Shown here one piece after another: positions 38,341 through 52,760 of a stretch of 64,000 nucleotides of DNA. The first letter of the stretch is position 1. Each line of letters starts with the position of its first letter. This DNA is from Fimbriosthenelais zetlandica (taxonomy: Eukaryota). The translations under genes and the position numbers were made by a program. Below the pieces are notes generated by a model. That model was not told the DNA's origin. It did no database searches and was given only the letters and a program-made list of their open reading frames with translations. Location of the stretch: the NCBI GenBank assembly GCA_977030845.1, contig OZ365114.1, positions 20,894,001-20,958,000 on the forward strand, in the 5' to 3' direction.

Positions 38341-38966
38341 CCGATATCATAGCATCGAACACACTAATCAAATCATTGATAGGCAGTGGTAAAAAAACTT
38401 ATTTCTAACATGAATCTGGATCGGAGCCTGTAATGCTTTAATTCTTTTGGTGCATGGTGTATATTATTCAGACTTATTCTTGAAGTTTTTCGTATATTGT
38501 TGTGCCTTGCTTGACAACATACAGCGGAGTTACAAAAGACACTGATAGGATCAATGGTGGACCATTGTACAACAATAGTAACCTGGAATGGACAATCCTA
38601 AGTTATATTTGAAGTGGCTGAACTTCGGAAAAGAACGTCTGTTGAAATTACATTAATCACAACAACCTCCACAATCTGCCAGGGAAAAATCTCCAGCTGA
38701 ATTATATGCATGCCTGCACAAAACATCTGTGGCGTCCGTTCATCGTTCGGCACCCAGGATCAAAGCATCATGCCAGGCATCTTGTTTCCTGCCTTTAGGA
38801 TTGTGGTCGGATTCATATTTGGAGCACTGCAGCAATGCAAAGCCGGTCTGTGCAAGCTTGATTCATCGACCGTATTCCCATGCTTTCTTGCAAAGCTGAA
38901 TGTATACGACAGTGAAGGTCATATTAATTCTTTCAAATCTAGTGACCAGGAAATGCTTATAACATA

Positions 38967-39116
38967 CATTTGTACATGTATGTAGACATTTTAATTTTTC
39001 TCCACATTAAGAAGCTCACGTATCATAAAGGCATCAAACATGCATTTGTACATGAATGTAGACATTTTAATTTTTCTCCACATTGAGAGGCTCACATATC
39101 ATAAAGGCATCAAACA
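38967..39116. repeat. 76-bp tandem duplication (2 copies)
   Basis: catttgtacatg...ggcatcaaaca repeated with a few substitutions. Confidence 0.9.
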
Positions 39117-39539
39117 GCCTATCGCAATCAGAAGGGAGATGTAAGTCAAGAATCAAGGATATGATCAGCATGTCCCAATACAGGATGCAATATTATCAGG
39201 ATGTCCTCTGCCTCAGGGTCTGGGTGATGGCGGGCCTTGAGGCGCCCAATGTTTGGCGATCACATCAAACGTTTGCCCGGATCTTTGCCTCAAGCCAGTG
39301 ATAAAGCCTGCCCCTCCAGAAAACTAGTTAACTTGGCCCTGATAGGCGCTGACTACCTTGAATATCTAATACAAGGTTGTTGTACTTCTCTCACACAATG
39401 ACAATTGAATTGAAGATGTACACAATAACATATTGATTAAGCATTTGGGTTAGCCTTCCGAAAATCAAGAAATCTTTAGATCAGATTCAAAGTTCCATCT
39501 TAATTCTTGTCATTTTCTTATCAAGTCCTTTTGTTATTA

Positions 39540-39890
39540 ATTCAGAAGGAGATGAAGTATGTTGAATTACTTTTCGGGCGAGTGCATCCATTTATTTGTA
39601 AGTAAACAAATATCAAGGAGATCTGAGCCAATTCTTGGCTATCTTATGAAATATTCTCATGGTCACCCACCTAATTTCCCCAGTATTCTTTATCAAGCTT
39701 GCATCATTCATGCAATATCACGCATGCATATTTCATCAAATATCCAACAAGGCACTGCCAACTGCTCACATTCAACATGTCCCCAAAGGAGGATTTGGAG
39801 ACATCATGTATGTGACTCCTTGATGTAAATGGGGATGTACAGCCGTATTGTACATTTCATGTCTTCTGGTATAGACATTGATCATTTTGG
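39540..39890 (-). mobile_element. Ty3/Gypsy integrase fragment
   Basis: IPEDMK, HLHQGV and RIGSDL motifs in order across frames. Confidence 0.5.
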
Positions 39891-40399
39891 ATAGACATCA
39901 GGGATGTCAGACAAACTTCACAGATGGCCAGCGATACCACACTGTCCGCAATGAGTGATTAGGTCTATCTCCTCCATCGGTTACGGGTGCGATTGCAATT
40001 GATGGCTTTCTTTTTATAAAAGTCACGTCGCTGAACATATTTCATTTTCAGTGGGGTCGAGGTGTGCCATACCGGCAATGATTTACTGCGTGTATGCACA
40101 TAAAAATGATTTCCTTTGAGTAACATGTTTCAAAATCTATTCAGCCATGACACCGGAGACGTGTACATGTTTACTATGGTATTATATATGGTGATGGCAT
40201 AATGTAAGCCTGTTACATAGTTACAACATTCAAACTGCTAGATGATTAGCCTTCTCCAAAAGTAGGAAATGACCTTCCATCCAATCAGACTTAGATAGAG
40301 AAGTCAATTTCCACCCGCATTTCAGGGATCAACATTCTGGACCTCACCTTATTTTCCTTTGTGACTTACTGATAGTATCCAGGACCCCAAACCCATCTT

Positions 40400-40600
40400 T
40401 CCGTGCCCCTTGACTGCAGGCAGCGATGTATGAGCGGCAATCGGAAATACTATCAACCATACATGAACCTATCAACGGAGATTCCCAGGAATTCAAAGCT
40501 ACCGGGGGTGTGGTTGGAGGTGATGCCAGGGCGACTTTAGAGTTGTCTCCATAATCAATGGGTCTCCTGGACATCCCACTAGTCTCTAAGGTGGCTCCAA
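40400..40600 (-). mobile_element. DIRS1-like RT fragment
   Basis: FEFLGISVD matches the +EFLG+.ID motif. Confidence 0.4.
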
Positions 40601-40799
40601 CAACCCTCCCTCTGCATGCACAACTGCACTGAAATCTGCTTCAATCCATTCCCAAGTTTAATACCGCAAGAATACATGCAATATCAAATACCTTAAAGGC
40701 TGTGCGAGTGAAGCTAATGGTTCTTGGTGATACCTGACTTTCCAACTGAAGAGAATGGAAGATGGTTCATGTATAAAACATGAGCTAGAGAACACCACT

Positions 40800-40990
40800 A
40801 TAGTCGCAGTATTCTGTGGCTAATTCTTTCTGAAGTGATGGAGTTCTATCAAATATTCACGTAGACTCGACCACCAATGGCTTCTCTAACCAAGAAGGAG
40901 GGTCCCGTCTTCGTAACCAGTGAAATTCAGTTTGTAGAGAAATTAATTAAACTTCTTCATTAAAGTTCTCGTAGTCAACAACCATGATAA
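40800..40990 (+). mobile_element. Ty3/Gypsy RT-RNase H connection fragment
   Basis: PMASLTKKEGPVFVTSE...KLL resembles PL..LTKK...F.W..E....K.LL. Confidence 0.4.
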
Positions 40991-41699
40991 ACCTATGCTG
41001 AACCAGACTAAAGTGAATTAGTCTATGTTAGCTCTACGTCTGCCGAGACGATTGCTTGTAATATATGACCTGCCTTGTCTTATGTAAATGTGGGTTGTTA
41101 TATGTAGGGGGCCCAAAAAGACAAGCAATTGTCGTAGTCGATTTGCATACTGAGACAAGGGTCCCTATTGTTATTTCGACTCTGCGGATACCATCGACGG
41201 CGAGTTGAATTCACCCCAACTAAAGACCAATTGATGGCAGGCCAATGAACTACATAAATTTCATGGACAGAAAATCAATGGCTGTTGTGTACATCTATGA
41301 AGCCGTGGACAAGTGGTAGTGAGCTGTCCTGTAAGGGGCTCTTATGCCTCGCCAATACTTCTCATATCCGAAACACATTAGCCGAGGTAAACTAGTTTAG
41401 CAAGCTGTGGCTGGTCCGGCGCTGAGGCTGAAGGGTGATGGCTAGCTTGCTTGTTGACTAGCTATAGCTGTAGTGTTGGCCAGTGATGGCATTTTGGCCG
41501 TTTGCCTCTCAGAGCTGTTGGGATGAAAAAAGGACAGCAATCATGATATGAATTATGAGTGGATGTGATCCTATCATTGGGCTGATGGATGACTGTAGTA
41601 AGTACACACAGGGACTGAGATACTTATCATGTCTGCAGGATGGTGGTTACTGAACACTAAGATGTAGACACATTGAATCTTAATGGTCACCTTGACAAT

Positions 41700-41850
41700 C
41701 ATGGGGACCAGGACCAGGGTGAGGTATACGTGGACAGAAAAGATTGTATACAGAATATTCCAACAGACACCCATGAAATTATTGTATCGCATCGAGTTTA
41801 AGATCCTTGCGGTAAAAAGTGTTTACTTCAAATATGTTGTTTCTAGAAAA
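41700..41850 (+). mobile_element. LINE (L2/CR1-like) ORF2 C-terminal fragment
   Basis: RIEFKIL motif. Confidence 0.5.
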
Positions 41851-42954
41851 GAGATCTTGACGTTGAAGAAAAATATCCATCCATTTGTGCAACACAGCCA
41901 GAGTGTGGGAATTCCCGCTGAACTTACTTCATCCTCTCCTTTTTTGTAATTGGGAGAAAAGAGCCTCTCTATCCCATGGTGATTCAAAAATCATTAGAGG
42001 CACTGAAGTTTTCAATGGACACATGGCTAGAAGTTTGCAAAGTTAAAATGGCGCCCGCCTCTCCATCTGCTTGAGTAATGATATAAAGGCATATTCCTAG
42101 AGGAGGCTTGGGCCAGGCAGCCTGGAGTAATACCCTCCGGGGTAAATGCAATATCATTGCCTCTCACCGGGGAACATTCATAGCGCTTCAACCCCACCAA
42201 TCAATAGTTCTTCAATGAGACGCCTTTCTCTCAAAGAAGGAGAGAGCTAAGTGCAAAACACCATTTAATATCAGCCCCTTCCTGCTGCTGCTTGCTTCCG
42301 TCGCGCCATTTACCCATACAGACAGACTTAATTCTGCCTATGGCTCAGTTTAGAGCCGAGCTGTTTTAAGATGGTTTCCTATATGTGTATTTTGTTGTCT
42401 GGGATTGAATCGTTTGGCAGAAGAGAGATCGACCTGAATTTATTCATCAGATTCTCAGATATTCAGCACGGCATCATGTTCTTCCGGAACTTTGAAAGCA
42501 TTGCCCGACTTCCAAATTGGGTGACATTTCCTGCAATCTGATGGAAGTTGCGCTGCCATACTCCCAATGTTGCGCTGTATTTGTCTCCCCAAGAAACTTG
42601 TTCTACTCCTTGAAAATATACCTTTTTCCCTTCTCGTGCAGAAGACATTTTAGTACAAACTTTATAACGACTATATCATAGACGAGATGCAATCCTCTTC
42701 GCAGAGCAGTTCCCAAATGCTAAAATCGCTTAGAAATAGCAAACATTTTTTTAAAAGATGGATTGCTCAGTATAATGTTATCCAGCTTGAATTGACAGGT
42801 GGAGGAAAGCAGTTCACTTCATGCCTGATAGAATAATCATTTCTGGTGTGCTCCTGTAGTTGTTGGGCTTTTGGCTGAGATTTTCACAGCTCTAGTCCTG
42901 GAATCAGATTGATTGCCTATCGCGTCTACCGCACAATATGGCCGCTGTCCCTCA

Positions 42955-43180
42955 AGTCCAATATGTTGCTTTCCCAGCTGCCAGGTTATGAAGCAACGCT
43001 TGGTTTCTGGTCAGATACCCTCTCAGTATGAGACTACTGGATTTCTGGACAGCAGAAGTATTTGACAGCAGGGTACTGGCAGACAGATGCCATGATTTAT
43101 GGTGTGCTGATGAATCACAAACTCTTATATTCGCCACTGAATTCATCATGCTGACAATCGGCGAGTGAGGCGTTTCCCTC
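42955..43180 (-). mobile_element. LINE (L2-like) RT fragment
   Basis: SVANIRV.DSS, KSWHL and RGYLT...LLH motifs in ORF 42952-43182. Confidence 0.55.
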
Positions 43181-46100
43181 AATAAATGAAGACCGATTAA
43201 GGTGAAAATTCCAGCTTCGAGGAAGTATTTGGTGTCTGGAAATGTTATATTAGTAGAAATGTCTTCGAATGGTAGTAAAAATTATAGTATTTAGAGGCAC
43301 TTATTTCAAGAGAATGCAACGTTTTGCCAAAAGTGTTCACGTAATCTATAAAAATGTGGTTATTTTTTATGGATCCATGGTGGATGGTAAATCTTCATGA
43401 GCATGGTATCAAACCAGAATATTGGCTGAACAATACAGGTCAGCGACCGTATAAAGTGGGCAGAATAGGGTAATCATGGCCATATCAGTGGGAGACTGGC
43501 AGGCAGTGTGCAGTCTCCTATTCCCATGGCCTTCAAGCAAGAGCTCAATGTTAATGGTTACAGGTCATCTGTGTCATCAACTTCATGCATGTCAAAACTT
43601 ACATTTCCCCTGCTCGAGGACCTCCAGACTTGAACCTGATAGGTGTTTATTGGCATTTGCATAACATAATGTTCTCCTTCAGTGTTCACCCTATCTCGTC
43701 CAAATACAGCCAGTCGCCAGCCATCCTGGACCAGGCACTCTGATTTATAAGTGCAGTGTCTTATTTTGGGACAATCTGCCTGATTTAGGGACCGAGCCCG
43801 GGAAGACCCTGTAAAGTAAGCATCCTTTGCCCTAGCCCTAATCGTGGATTATACTAGGATATGGACAGTCTCCGAGTTGTAAACCCTTATCGAAAGGCCT
43901 GTGACTCTGAAGGAAGTTTGCCACAAAAGCTCTCTTGTGGTTTCAGTGATTTTCAGCTGCGTCTTTGGTCATCGTAACTAGATTCATTCCAGCACCTAGT
44001 GCCCATCATCTACCCAGCCCCTGACTATTAATATCAATAGCCCAGCTGACATATGTGTCCAGTAGGATTTGACCAACAGCATTGGCCATAAGTCAGATGG
44101 TACTTTGTATGCGTATGCACAGAATCAAGCTCACATCCATGGGGCCGGACAGTTTGAAAAATGGTAGCTTAAACATAAGGCAATCTTATATCCTGGTGAG
44201 AATAAGATAATCTGAATTGCACTATGGAGCTATTTATTATGCTGTCTTAGGTCATAAAAGTGCAGTAGTAACACATTTATTTTTGTCTTTAAATACTTAA
44301 TTTCCAACACATTTTCCAAAATTACTTTAAGCGAATATTTAATATAATTAAATAATGTTCTTATTGCCTTTGGTCTTATAAGTGGCAGCTATCAGAGTCT
44401 GCCAGAACCATGTTAGGTTGTCCTCACCTCTATCGGCATTCTTTGCCCTTCTGATCCACTGGTCGCTGTCTTGCATGAGAGCTGGTGACCTTGTAACCAT
44501 GCCATGCACTTATAGCCTAACTCTCACTAGCCAGTAGCTGGTGATCGCAGTTAGTGATGGATCGCTGATTTGATGGCCAAGAAGATGACACCATTTTGAC
44601 CTCCTCTGACAAATACATTATCACTGAAGCTCTTCATGTTTATTGAGTAAGGTATTTAGAGTAGCATGCCTACATTTATATAGGATCACCCATTAATGCA
44701 CGTTAGTGACGTCTATTTTTGCTTACTGATGGCTTGACAGGGGTTCAATATTTCATGTTTTGACAGACCACAGGTCGATATTTGAGGGAGCGGATATAAT
44801 TCGGTGAATAATAATCAATGGACAAAATGGATGGGAAGGGAATGATGCATACGTTTGGACCCGAATTCCCAAGTTTATTGCTTACCATGCCATTTTATAA
44901 CTCATAAAAGAGGCAGATCATGGGACAAACCTGTGAATGAGCCATTTCGGAGAACATCATTTCCCAATGGACAGGAAATTGCGGCATGTAAATATTACCA
45001 GTGGACAAGAGAATTATATTCTTTACTTCTGGTCCAATTAATTCCATGCAAATATTGCACAGCAACAGCAACTTCTAAAGCTGGCGGAATATATCCATCT
45101 ATAGGCTTACATTATAAGTGACGCCTTCATGGGATGAATTTAGGATCCCATTAATGAACCAGATGCTGCTGGATGTTCCCATCACAGTACGATATCTATC
45201 TCTTTGTTCAGTCCCTTAGAGATTTAGATATTTGATACTACTTGAAATATCTGGAAAGGCTCTCATTAAAGTTGCTGATGTAAGTCAAAGGATAAAAGGA
45301 CTTAATGTATATTGCACACTAATTTCAATGAATGGCTGAGGCAAGCTTGTTTCATTTCCTCGTCGAAGGTAAGGATCTCATTTCCAGCCAACGCCATCAG
45401 GGTCTTCCTTACTTTCTCAAAATCTAATCAGCGCCAGAGGCTCACGTGATATTGAACTGATATTCAAAAAGCTTTATTTAAGGGCCATTGCAAGCGACTT
45501 CATTTTCAAAACTTCATTATTTTTCCTGGCTTAAATGGGTAGTTGGTCCATAATTTATCTTAAAACGAGCACACAGCAGTTAGAAAAGAAAACATAGCCG
45601 CTAAATAACGATGACGGTTATGGTTGCTGTGATGTCGTGACTTAAAGATATTAACTTGTACAATAAGGTTGCCACCATCGGGAACCATACAAAAATAAAA
45701 CCATCGGAGTGATGTGTTGTGTTTAACCTAAAATAAGACTAAACTGACATAAAATCAAGTTCTGCAAACACTGTTTGTAGAACATTTTACAATTCTGCCC
45801 TGATGTCACTATTAATAGCATGCATAATGCTCCCAAATCATTGCAAGTCTGTGGTCATTCATGAGGTAGGATATTGCAGGTCCCTGGTGATAGATTTCTG
45901 AAAACGGCCATCTACCTTTCGGAATAGTGCTGTCATAATTATAGCTGCAATTTGTCTTGCTGCCATCTGATTCCTGGATGATCCCGGAGGCTCTGCCAGA
46001 GGTCACGTATATGAGTGCATTGGAGCACTATAAGCATACATCACAAATCATGTGCCATGCATGATCAAACTGGTGGATATGAGGATGCACCTAGCGGGTG

Positions 46101-49061
46101 GCCTGACCTGACCCATCCATGGCTGACCCTGGTGCTTAAAATATTTTACGGTTTAGTTTCTTCGCATCCAGATGCAGTATGACCTGATAGAACCAGGATA
46201 TTGCTATATTGATTCGGCATAGCACGTGAAAGATTTTTTATTAAAGTTGCCTCTTTGCCCCCTGTTCATTCTTCATGAGGCCAGTCTACTTAGGACTATA
46301 ACTCTAAACTTATGCAGAAGACACTCAACGGAACGTAGTTTACAAGTTGAAGGCCACTTGGATAGAACATAATGTTTAAACGCTATTTGCACTAAGCATT
46401 GACGAGTATAGACTGCAAGGTTTACACCCTAAAAACTGCCAGAAGCCCAAGCTAATGTTTGTCTAGCATGAAACGAACAATGACAACCAGGGTGTTGGGA
46501 GTCACAGTTGATTGACTTGGAAAAACAAACAATTTTCTGTCTAGTCTGTTTTCATCATCATAAATAGGTTGATGGAAAGTTAATGCTATAATCTGAAGCT
46601 AGATAATCTTCCTTACATAGAGGAATTGATGTGCAGGATAATTATACTTGCCCATAGAACTTTCTGCCTATTTTGAAATCTCAAAACATGTTAAAAAGTT
46701 AGGGCAACAAATTATCTTTAGGCTTCCTCAAATAGTGGGCCGAACTTTCAGGTATCAGATTGATAAATTCATTTCATGCTGTCCTGATTCCAAAGGTTTA
46801 ATATTTTCCAAGCACCGTGGCTCCTTGAGAGAAAGAACTTCCTCTTTCATTCCTCAAGAATGGTGATTGAATAGGAAATTACAGAAGAGATTGATTGGAA
46901 AAGCGTAAATCCCATCCAATGGAGGTGTTGGAAACAATGCCGCCTTCAGTCTCAGTCACAGTGTTTTAGCGCTATCTAGCTAACAAAAACTCCAGACCTG
47001 AGGCTGAAAAGGATATCTCCTTTTTGAAACCAGCTTGATTCTTTTCAAGATTAAGCGAGAATGAGGCAGAGCTGTGTAAGTAAAGAAATTTGAAGAAATG
47101 GTTCTTGATTCAAGATGGCCGCCTGAAGTTCATCCATGAGATAATCTGTCATGACGGATTGCCTTTCTTCTGCTCCACATGAGATTATTTCTTGTTTATT
47201 GCATTGGAAGTGAGCAAACATCACTCTGGCCTCTGTTATTTCTACCAGCTCTGATGGATAAGCTCATTCAATCTTGGTTTTCCCCTTTGATGCTTAAGTC
47301 AAGTCGTGATTCCATCTCTCACCTGCAAGTTGTGCTTGGAATCTTATTCAGAACAGGGAAGTCCTTCAAGTCAGCTAAAACATTTGGGCTTATAAATTTG
47401 CTGGAAACGGTGCTTATTATATTTAAATGCCTCCGCATTCCCTGCACTTTTCGCTGACTTCTGAAATCTGGGGATATCCAGCAGCATCCTCGCCCTCTTG
47501 ATTCCAATGCGATTTGCAGTTGATGGAATGATCTGAGCCGTATGCTTCCCTGTTACTGCGCTATTTTATAGGTACTAACATCTAGGCAATGGCATCACAA
47601 ACCTTACCAGATTGCCCATTTCAAGACCAACTTTTTCTTCTTGGCAATTCCATTTCTTCCATCACATCCCATTCCTTACAATTATCGTTTCAATTACAAC
47701 TCCCCATGGCAGACACAGATTTCCTGAGGGCAGCTGAAAAACGATGAAGATAATCAAGGGTTGTGATGAATTTTCTCTGCTTTTGCTCGAGTAACAATCA
47801 CACGGTCAAACCCTCCTGAAATGCCCTACCAACAGACACAACTCATCATAGTTTGGCGGGAGAACTCAGCTTACTTTGCTCTTCCATTATCCCCTTGAGA
47901 TTCCTTCTATTCACCTCAGATTTGTTTTTCTTTTCAAGTGGGTGTCACTCACAAAACAACGTTATAACTCCATTAATCTGAACACTCCTGTCCTCATCTA
48001 CCTTGGGCTTTTAATTTCATTTTCTATTTTTTTTTAAATCTGGGTTTGAATTCTAAGCATTGTCAAGGTATTTGTACCTGATACAATTGTCCATTTTGCA
48101 TTCTTTTACCCTGGGATGTACAGGTACCATGCATTGTCTGCACTGATTGATGCTTTCCCTCCACCCTCATCCCTATGGCGGTTCTCTATATGAGTAATAT
48201 GTGTACCAGAGCACCATGCCCCTGGGTGTAAACTCTGGGTGTCCAACCAGTCTGTGGAAATTGGTTGATTCCCATTTGACTGGCCACTGCCTGTTTAGAT
48301 CATTCTGCTGAAATGAATAGGGCATGTGCAGAGAACTAAGTATTAGGCCCAGAGAAAATTCACAGATACAACCTTATACTAATGGAATTTTCTCTCAATG
48401 ACCAACAGGAGGTTCAGCACAATGTACATGATGCAGCAAAGTATGGGGTAGCTGGATATGAAGGCAGGATGATTGATCTGTGGAGGAACCCTCAGTAGTT
48501 GTCTCGGCTGGAATTCTCCACACGAAAAGTACAACTCTTCATTTTCCTATTATATTGGTCTTTTTTCCTTGCAGGTACCTATTGATATATATCTTTAATT
48601 TCACAAGAGACCTGTTTCGCTCTGTAACAATAATTGCCAAACTGGTTCTTGTAAACAGACCTGGGGAGTACGCATATGTGGAGATCTCTGGTTTTCCCAT
48701 TCACCCAAATAGCAGCGCTATAGCTTCTATCAGGGAAGGTTAGACTTCTTTCCTCAGCTAAGATAGATGACCGACTCTGCAGATGATGATACAAGTATAA
48801 AAATGGCATTTCGCGAATGCCACTAAGATCGGGGAAAGATATTTTTATCTCTATTTTTCAGGTGCTAGTTAACATGGCCTGCCTGCCTGGTATGCATGCA
48901 GAGCGACCATATCGCTACAACTAGGTTACTAGGAGAATGCCTAGCCTTGTCTCATCCGCTGATGCTTAGTCCATGATAACGCTTATTCCCTGATAACATA
49001 TTTGTTGGTGAGATAAATGTGGATCTTACAGCTAGGGGCAATATTAAGGAAAACATGCCGC

Positions 49062-49124
49062 GGGCCTGTTTCAGAACAACCATTAACAATGCTAAATCTA
49101 TGGGAATTTTACTGAAACAGACCC
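49062..49124. mobile_element. Tiny MITE-like remnant with 13-bp TIRs
   Basis: GGGCCTGTTTCAG ... CTGAAACAGACCC (1 mismatch). Confidence 0.45.
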
Positions 49125-49759
49125 CTGATATTACGTAGTGTCCTAGTTTACAGTTGCATACAAAATCCTTGTTTCGGCTTTAATCTGATACTGTTAAGGA
49201 TTTAAGATGACCACTATGCATCTGGACCAACCAGGGCTGGTTTGATACCTTTACTAGAAGGCTTTCAAAGTGACAGTTTGAGTCAACTCCCTTTAACATT
49301 GTGACCTATTTGAATGCAGTGAAATACGGATCATGAATCAAGTTGATTTGACTGCAGAAGTCTGTTGCCTATGGGCACAGAAAGCAATTAACAGAACCAA
49401 GTCGAAATTTGTGCATACAGTAGCTCCTTGGTGCAGATAATGACTGTAATTAGGGTCTCCCTGAAGAGTCTTTACCCAAGGGATTAGTTATAAGCTAGGA
49501 AAACAGATGTGGACCCCGACACAGGAAAAGATGCTAACCATATACTTATCCAGCCGTCCATCTTTATGGTGCAGAATCAAAGCAGTGCATCTAATATGAT
49601 TCTTTTCAGTAGGATGGCCTTTCTTAAAAATTACTTACCAGATATTTTCCGTTAACTAAAAAGCCTGTGTGCATCACCTCTTACCTAATACCCACATTAC
49701 ATTTTTATATCTCATAGAAGAAGTCTTTATCTCTATCTTTACATTAGCCATTTCTTTCA

Positions 49760-49957
49760 TGCAACTTGCTTTTCTATATCGATGCGAAGGGACCAAGGAT
49801 CCTTGACCTGGGGTCTCCTAAGACATATAATGTGTCAAATACATTTCCCATCGAACCATTACACAATGAAAGCTTCATGCTAGAGCTCAGAATGGTGGCC
49901 CTACCTTTCCCCCTTTTCACGGCCCCACTTTTCATCCCTTTTGTGGGAACTATCTAA
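49760..49957 (+). mobile_element. DIRS1-like RT fragment, internally deleted
   Basis: GPRILDL, F.IE.L and VALPFPLFTAP (cf. LPFGLSTAP) motifs. Confidence 0.55.
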
Positions 49958-50409
49958 GCGTTCACTCCGTCCGGGGTCCAGGGGACTTTCTGATGTATCT
50001 CTCCATCTAGCTCTCCCTGCATACAAGGTTGGTTCCCTGAAGAGTCAGCCGAAAGGCGTTCATCGCTCGCTCTAAAGGAAACCAAACAAGACTGACGGCC
50101 TGGCCAGGCTGGGTGGGTAGAGAGGCCTTTACTGCCTGTGATTTCCCCTTCTGGACGAGGTCTTTTCCGGGACAGAACAACTTGCCTCTCTGCTGTCTTC
50201 TGCCTATAAGTATGTGGTACCATGCATCAATGCTTCTCGTCGTCGTCGCCATGTAATAATATGTAGGTGTTGGAGGTATGCTTTACCTTCATAGCAATTT
50301 GTGTCATCATTGAAAACTATATGGACAGCTTTTATATCTTCCTTAAGTGGGCCTCCCTATAACCAATCGATGAGCACACAGATGATGACTTTGCCAGTCC
50401 AGTAAGACT

Positions 50410-50600
50410 AGACGGGACCATGTAATTTGATTGGAAAAGCTTGGTATGAATTGAGTTCATACATACTGTCAGTTAATGGAAAAGAATGGTCGGGAGACAG
50501 TCGATCATGGGATAGCATGTATCCTATATACCTGTCCTCTCTAGAGAACTGTAGGACATGGACCATAACCATCCTAATCACTGGCAGCAAGCGGGCCATA
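50410..50600 (-). mobile_element. Ty3/Gypsy RT fragment
   Basis: RYIGYMLSHDRLSPD resembles V.YLGH.IS..G+.PD. Confidence 0.55.
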
Positions 50601-52279
50601 CATAATCCCTCAATACCAAATTCAGGATGGATAACTTACATCAAAGCAATCCCTTTGGGTAAATTCTAGACTTTCCTCTGCGCATGCTTTCAGCACCAGT
50701 ACAATATTCAAACCTCGGCCATGTAATGTAGTTCTTCTGTTGTCCATTGATTCCATCAAGTTGGTTCTAACAAAGATGTATGGTGTCAGGGACTCTCAAT
50801 TGATATGTCACCTTTACTGACCCATGGCAGATATTCATGCCACTAAGATAAATGATTTCCTTTATATTTGGATCAAAACCCCATCAGTCATATATGATGT
50901 CCTGACATATACCTCTTGGTTCAATACAGGGCCCATTACAAAAAAGCTCAAAAGTTAGGAGAGAGTCTGCATGGCCACCATCAAACTTCTATGGCTATCA
51001 CACAATCTCTGTCCTCTGTTCGTTGAAGCATGAAATGGGGAGGTGGAGATAGCACGTCAGTACAGCAAACCATATCAGCCCAGTCATTCCTGCTAGGGCT
51101 ATGTAAGTGGCAAGGCAGATAAAAGAGTAATACAGGAGGCAAAGTTATCAGTGGAGTCATTCCTCCAGAATGACTGTTTTTAATTAGCCTGTAGCCATGA
51201 CACGACCACATGTTCAGCATGTAAGAGAGCATATTGCTATCAAATGTCTTGATATACTGATGACAGATTAATCCGCTGACCTGACGCTGACCCAGGAAAA
51301 TTAATGTGCAGAGGAAATCGACTGAAAGGGCACTCCCGCGACATGGACCCCCACATGGAATGCCTAGGTCATTTCCCTTTTCATTGCATCTCCAATTTAT
51401 TCATTAATTCTCTGCCTGTATCCCTATGCACCTGATGACTTCCCTACCAGGTCCTGGTACTGGTACTTTTCTGGTTGCAGTTTATCGTAGTCTTTGAAGT
51501 GGATATAATTGCTTCATTAATTATAATAAATGTACTTATTTAATTGGCTATTTACAATACCCTCAAGAATAGTACCAGATTAGTGTACTGGTAACTTTAT
51601 GACAATTTTGAAGTTTTAGTACCTTCTGTCATGACTAAATTATTCAGCAGTGGACTGCTACTTCCTGCTGCATACCATGTTGGGAATAGCCAGCGGAAAG
51701 TTCCCATTTGTGATTCAGGCCTAAGAACCACCAATCAGTATTTGCACATGTCCGCTGAGGGAAAATTCTCTATGAATATGATTTAAAGTCCCAGAATGCG
51801 TGATCAGCATTGGGCAGCTTGAAATTTCCATGGACTTGTCAAAGTCAAAGCCAGAAGATAAAAACTCAGAAATAGATCGTCTGTCACATCTTTCTCTAGA
51901 AAACTCTTTTAAAACCTGTAACGTTAGTGCAAATGTAACTTTCATAATAAGAAGCTAATAACTAGAATTCAGGGGCAGGAGTGAGAAGATAAAAATGATG
52001 AAGACCAGGCTATGAAGACCCTCTTACGATACACCATCATTTGGACGTATGTCCAAGATTTGTCCATCTGATATTCCCGGTCATCCATTTTGTTTCTATG
52101 TCTAACATCTGTGCAGGAAGTATCTTTTTCCCAAGAGTACACATATATTCCTGCTACTCCCTTTTCCTCTACAACTTCTCAATGCTAACATGTACGTATG
52201 AAGATGTATTGTTTTCCTAAAAGCCTCATTGTTTCCCAGGTTACCAGCCTGTGTAACGTTTCCACAGAGTACCATCTCA

Positions 52280-52760
52280 TTCCCTAAAACCAGCCACATT
52301 TTATTGCAGGATCTATGTTTCCTTTCTTTATAGGTGATATCGGCTTGTGTACGTTATATGCTTGGGTTGAAAGAGGCTGCAAATTGATAGTGGGTAACAG
52401 CCTGCTCTCTCCTATGCTCGGCCAGTTGCTTCTTGGCAAGAGGTCAATATCACCAGTCGATACAGCCATCGACATCAGGTGTTTTGCCGGAAGATCACGG
52501 TTTAGTTGCGATCGAATTTTGTTCTTAAGGGAGACATTTGTGGTATGTGAGATGTCGCCAGCGTATACCAGATATTGGTCTATATAGTACTAAGAGCTTA
52601 TCTTCCTATGGCCTTTAATGTTTTGTCGCATGTGCCGTCCAGTAAATCAGACTGCCCATTGACCTTTTGCTGCTTTTTGCTGGAATCAAGGGCTTTTTGT
52701 CCACCCTTTCAAACTCTGCTCTACCGGAGCCAACTTTCTCTGAACTTTCGACTTCTGTAA
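52280..52760 (-). mobile_element. Ty3/Gypsy RT fragment
   Basis: About 100-codon stop-free run: YIDQYLVYA (cf. YIDD.LV), H..N...LN, then P+..+KK...W. Confidence 0.5.

Noticed and set aside
44855-45121. VYCLPCHF resembling a hAT TTF-type zinc finger
   Set aside because: A single short motif with no supporting transposase sequence.
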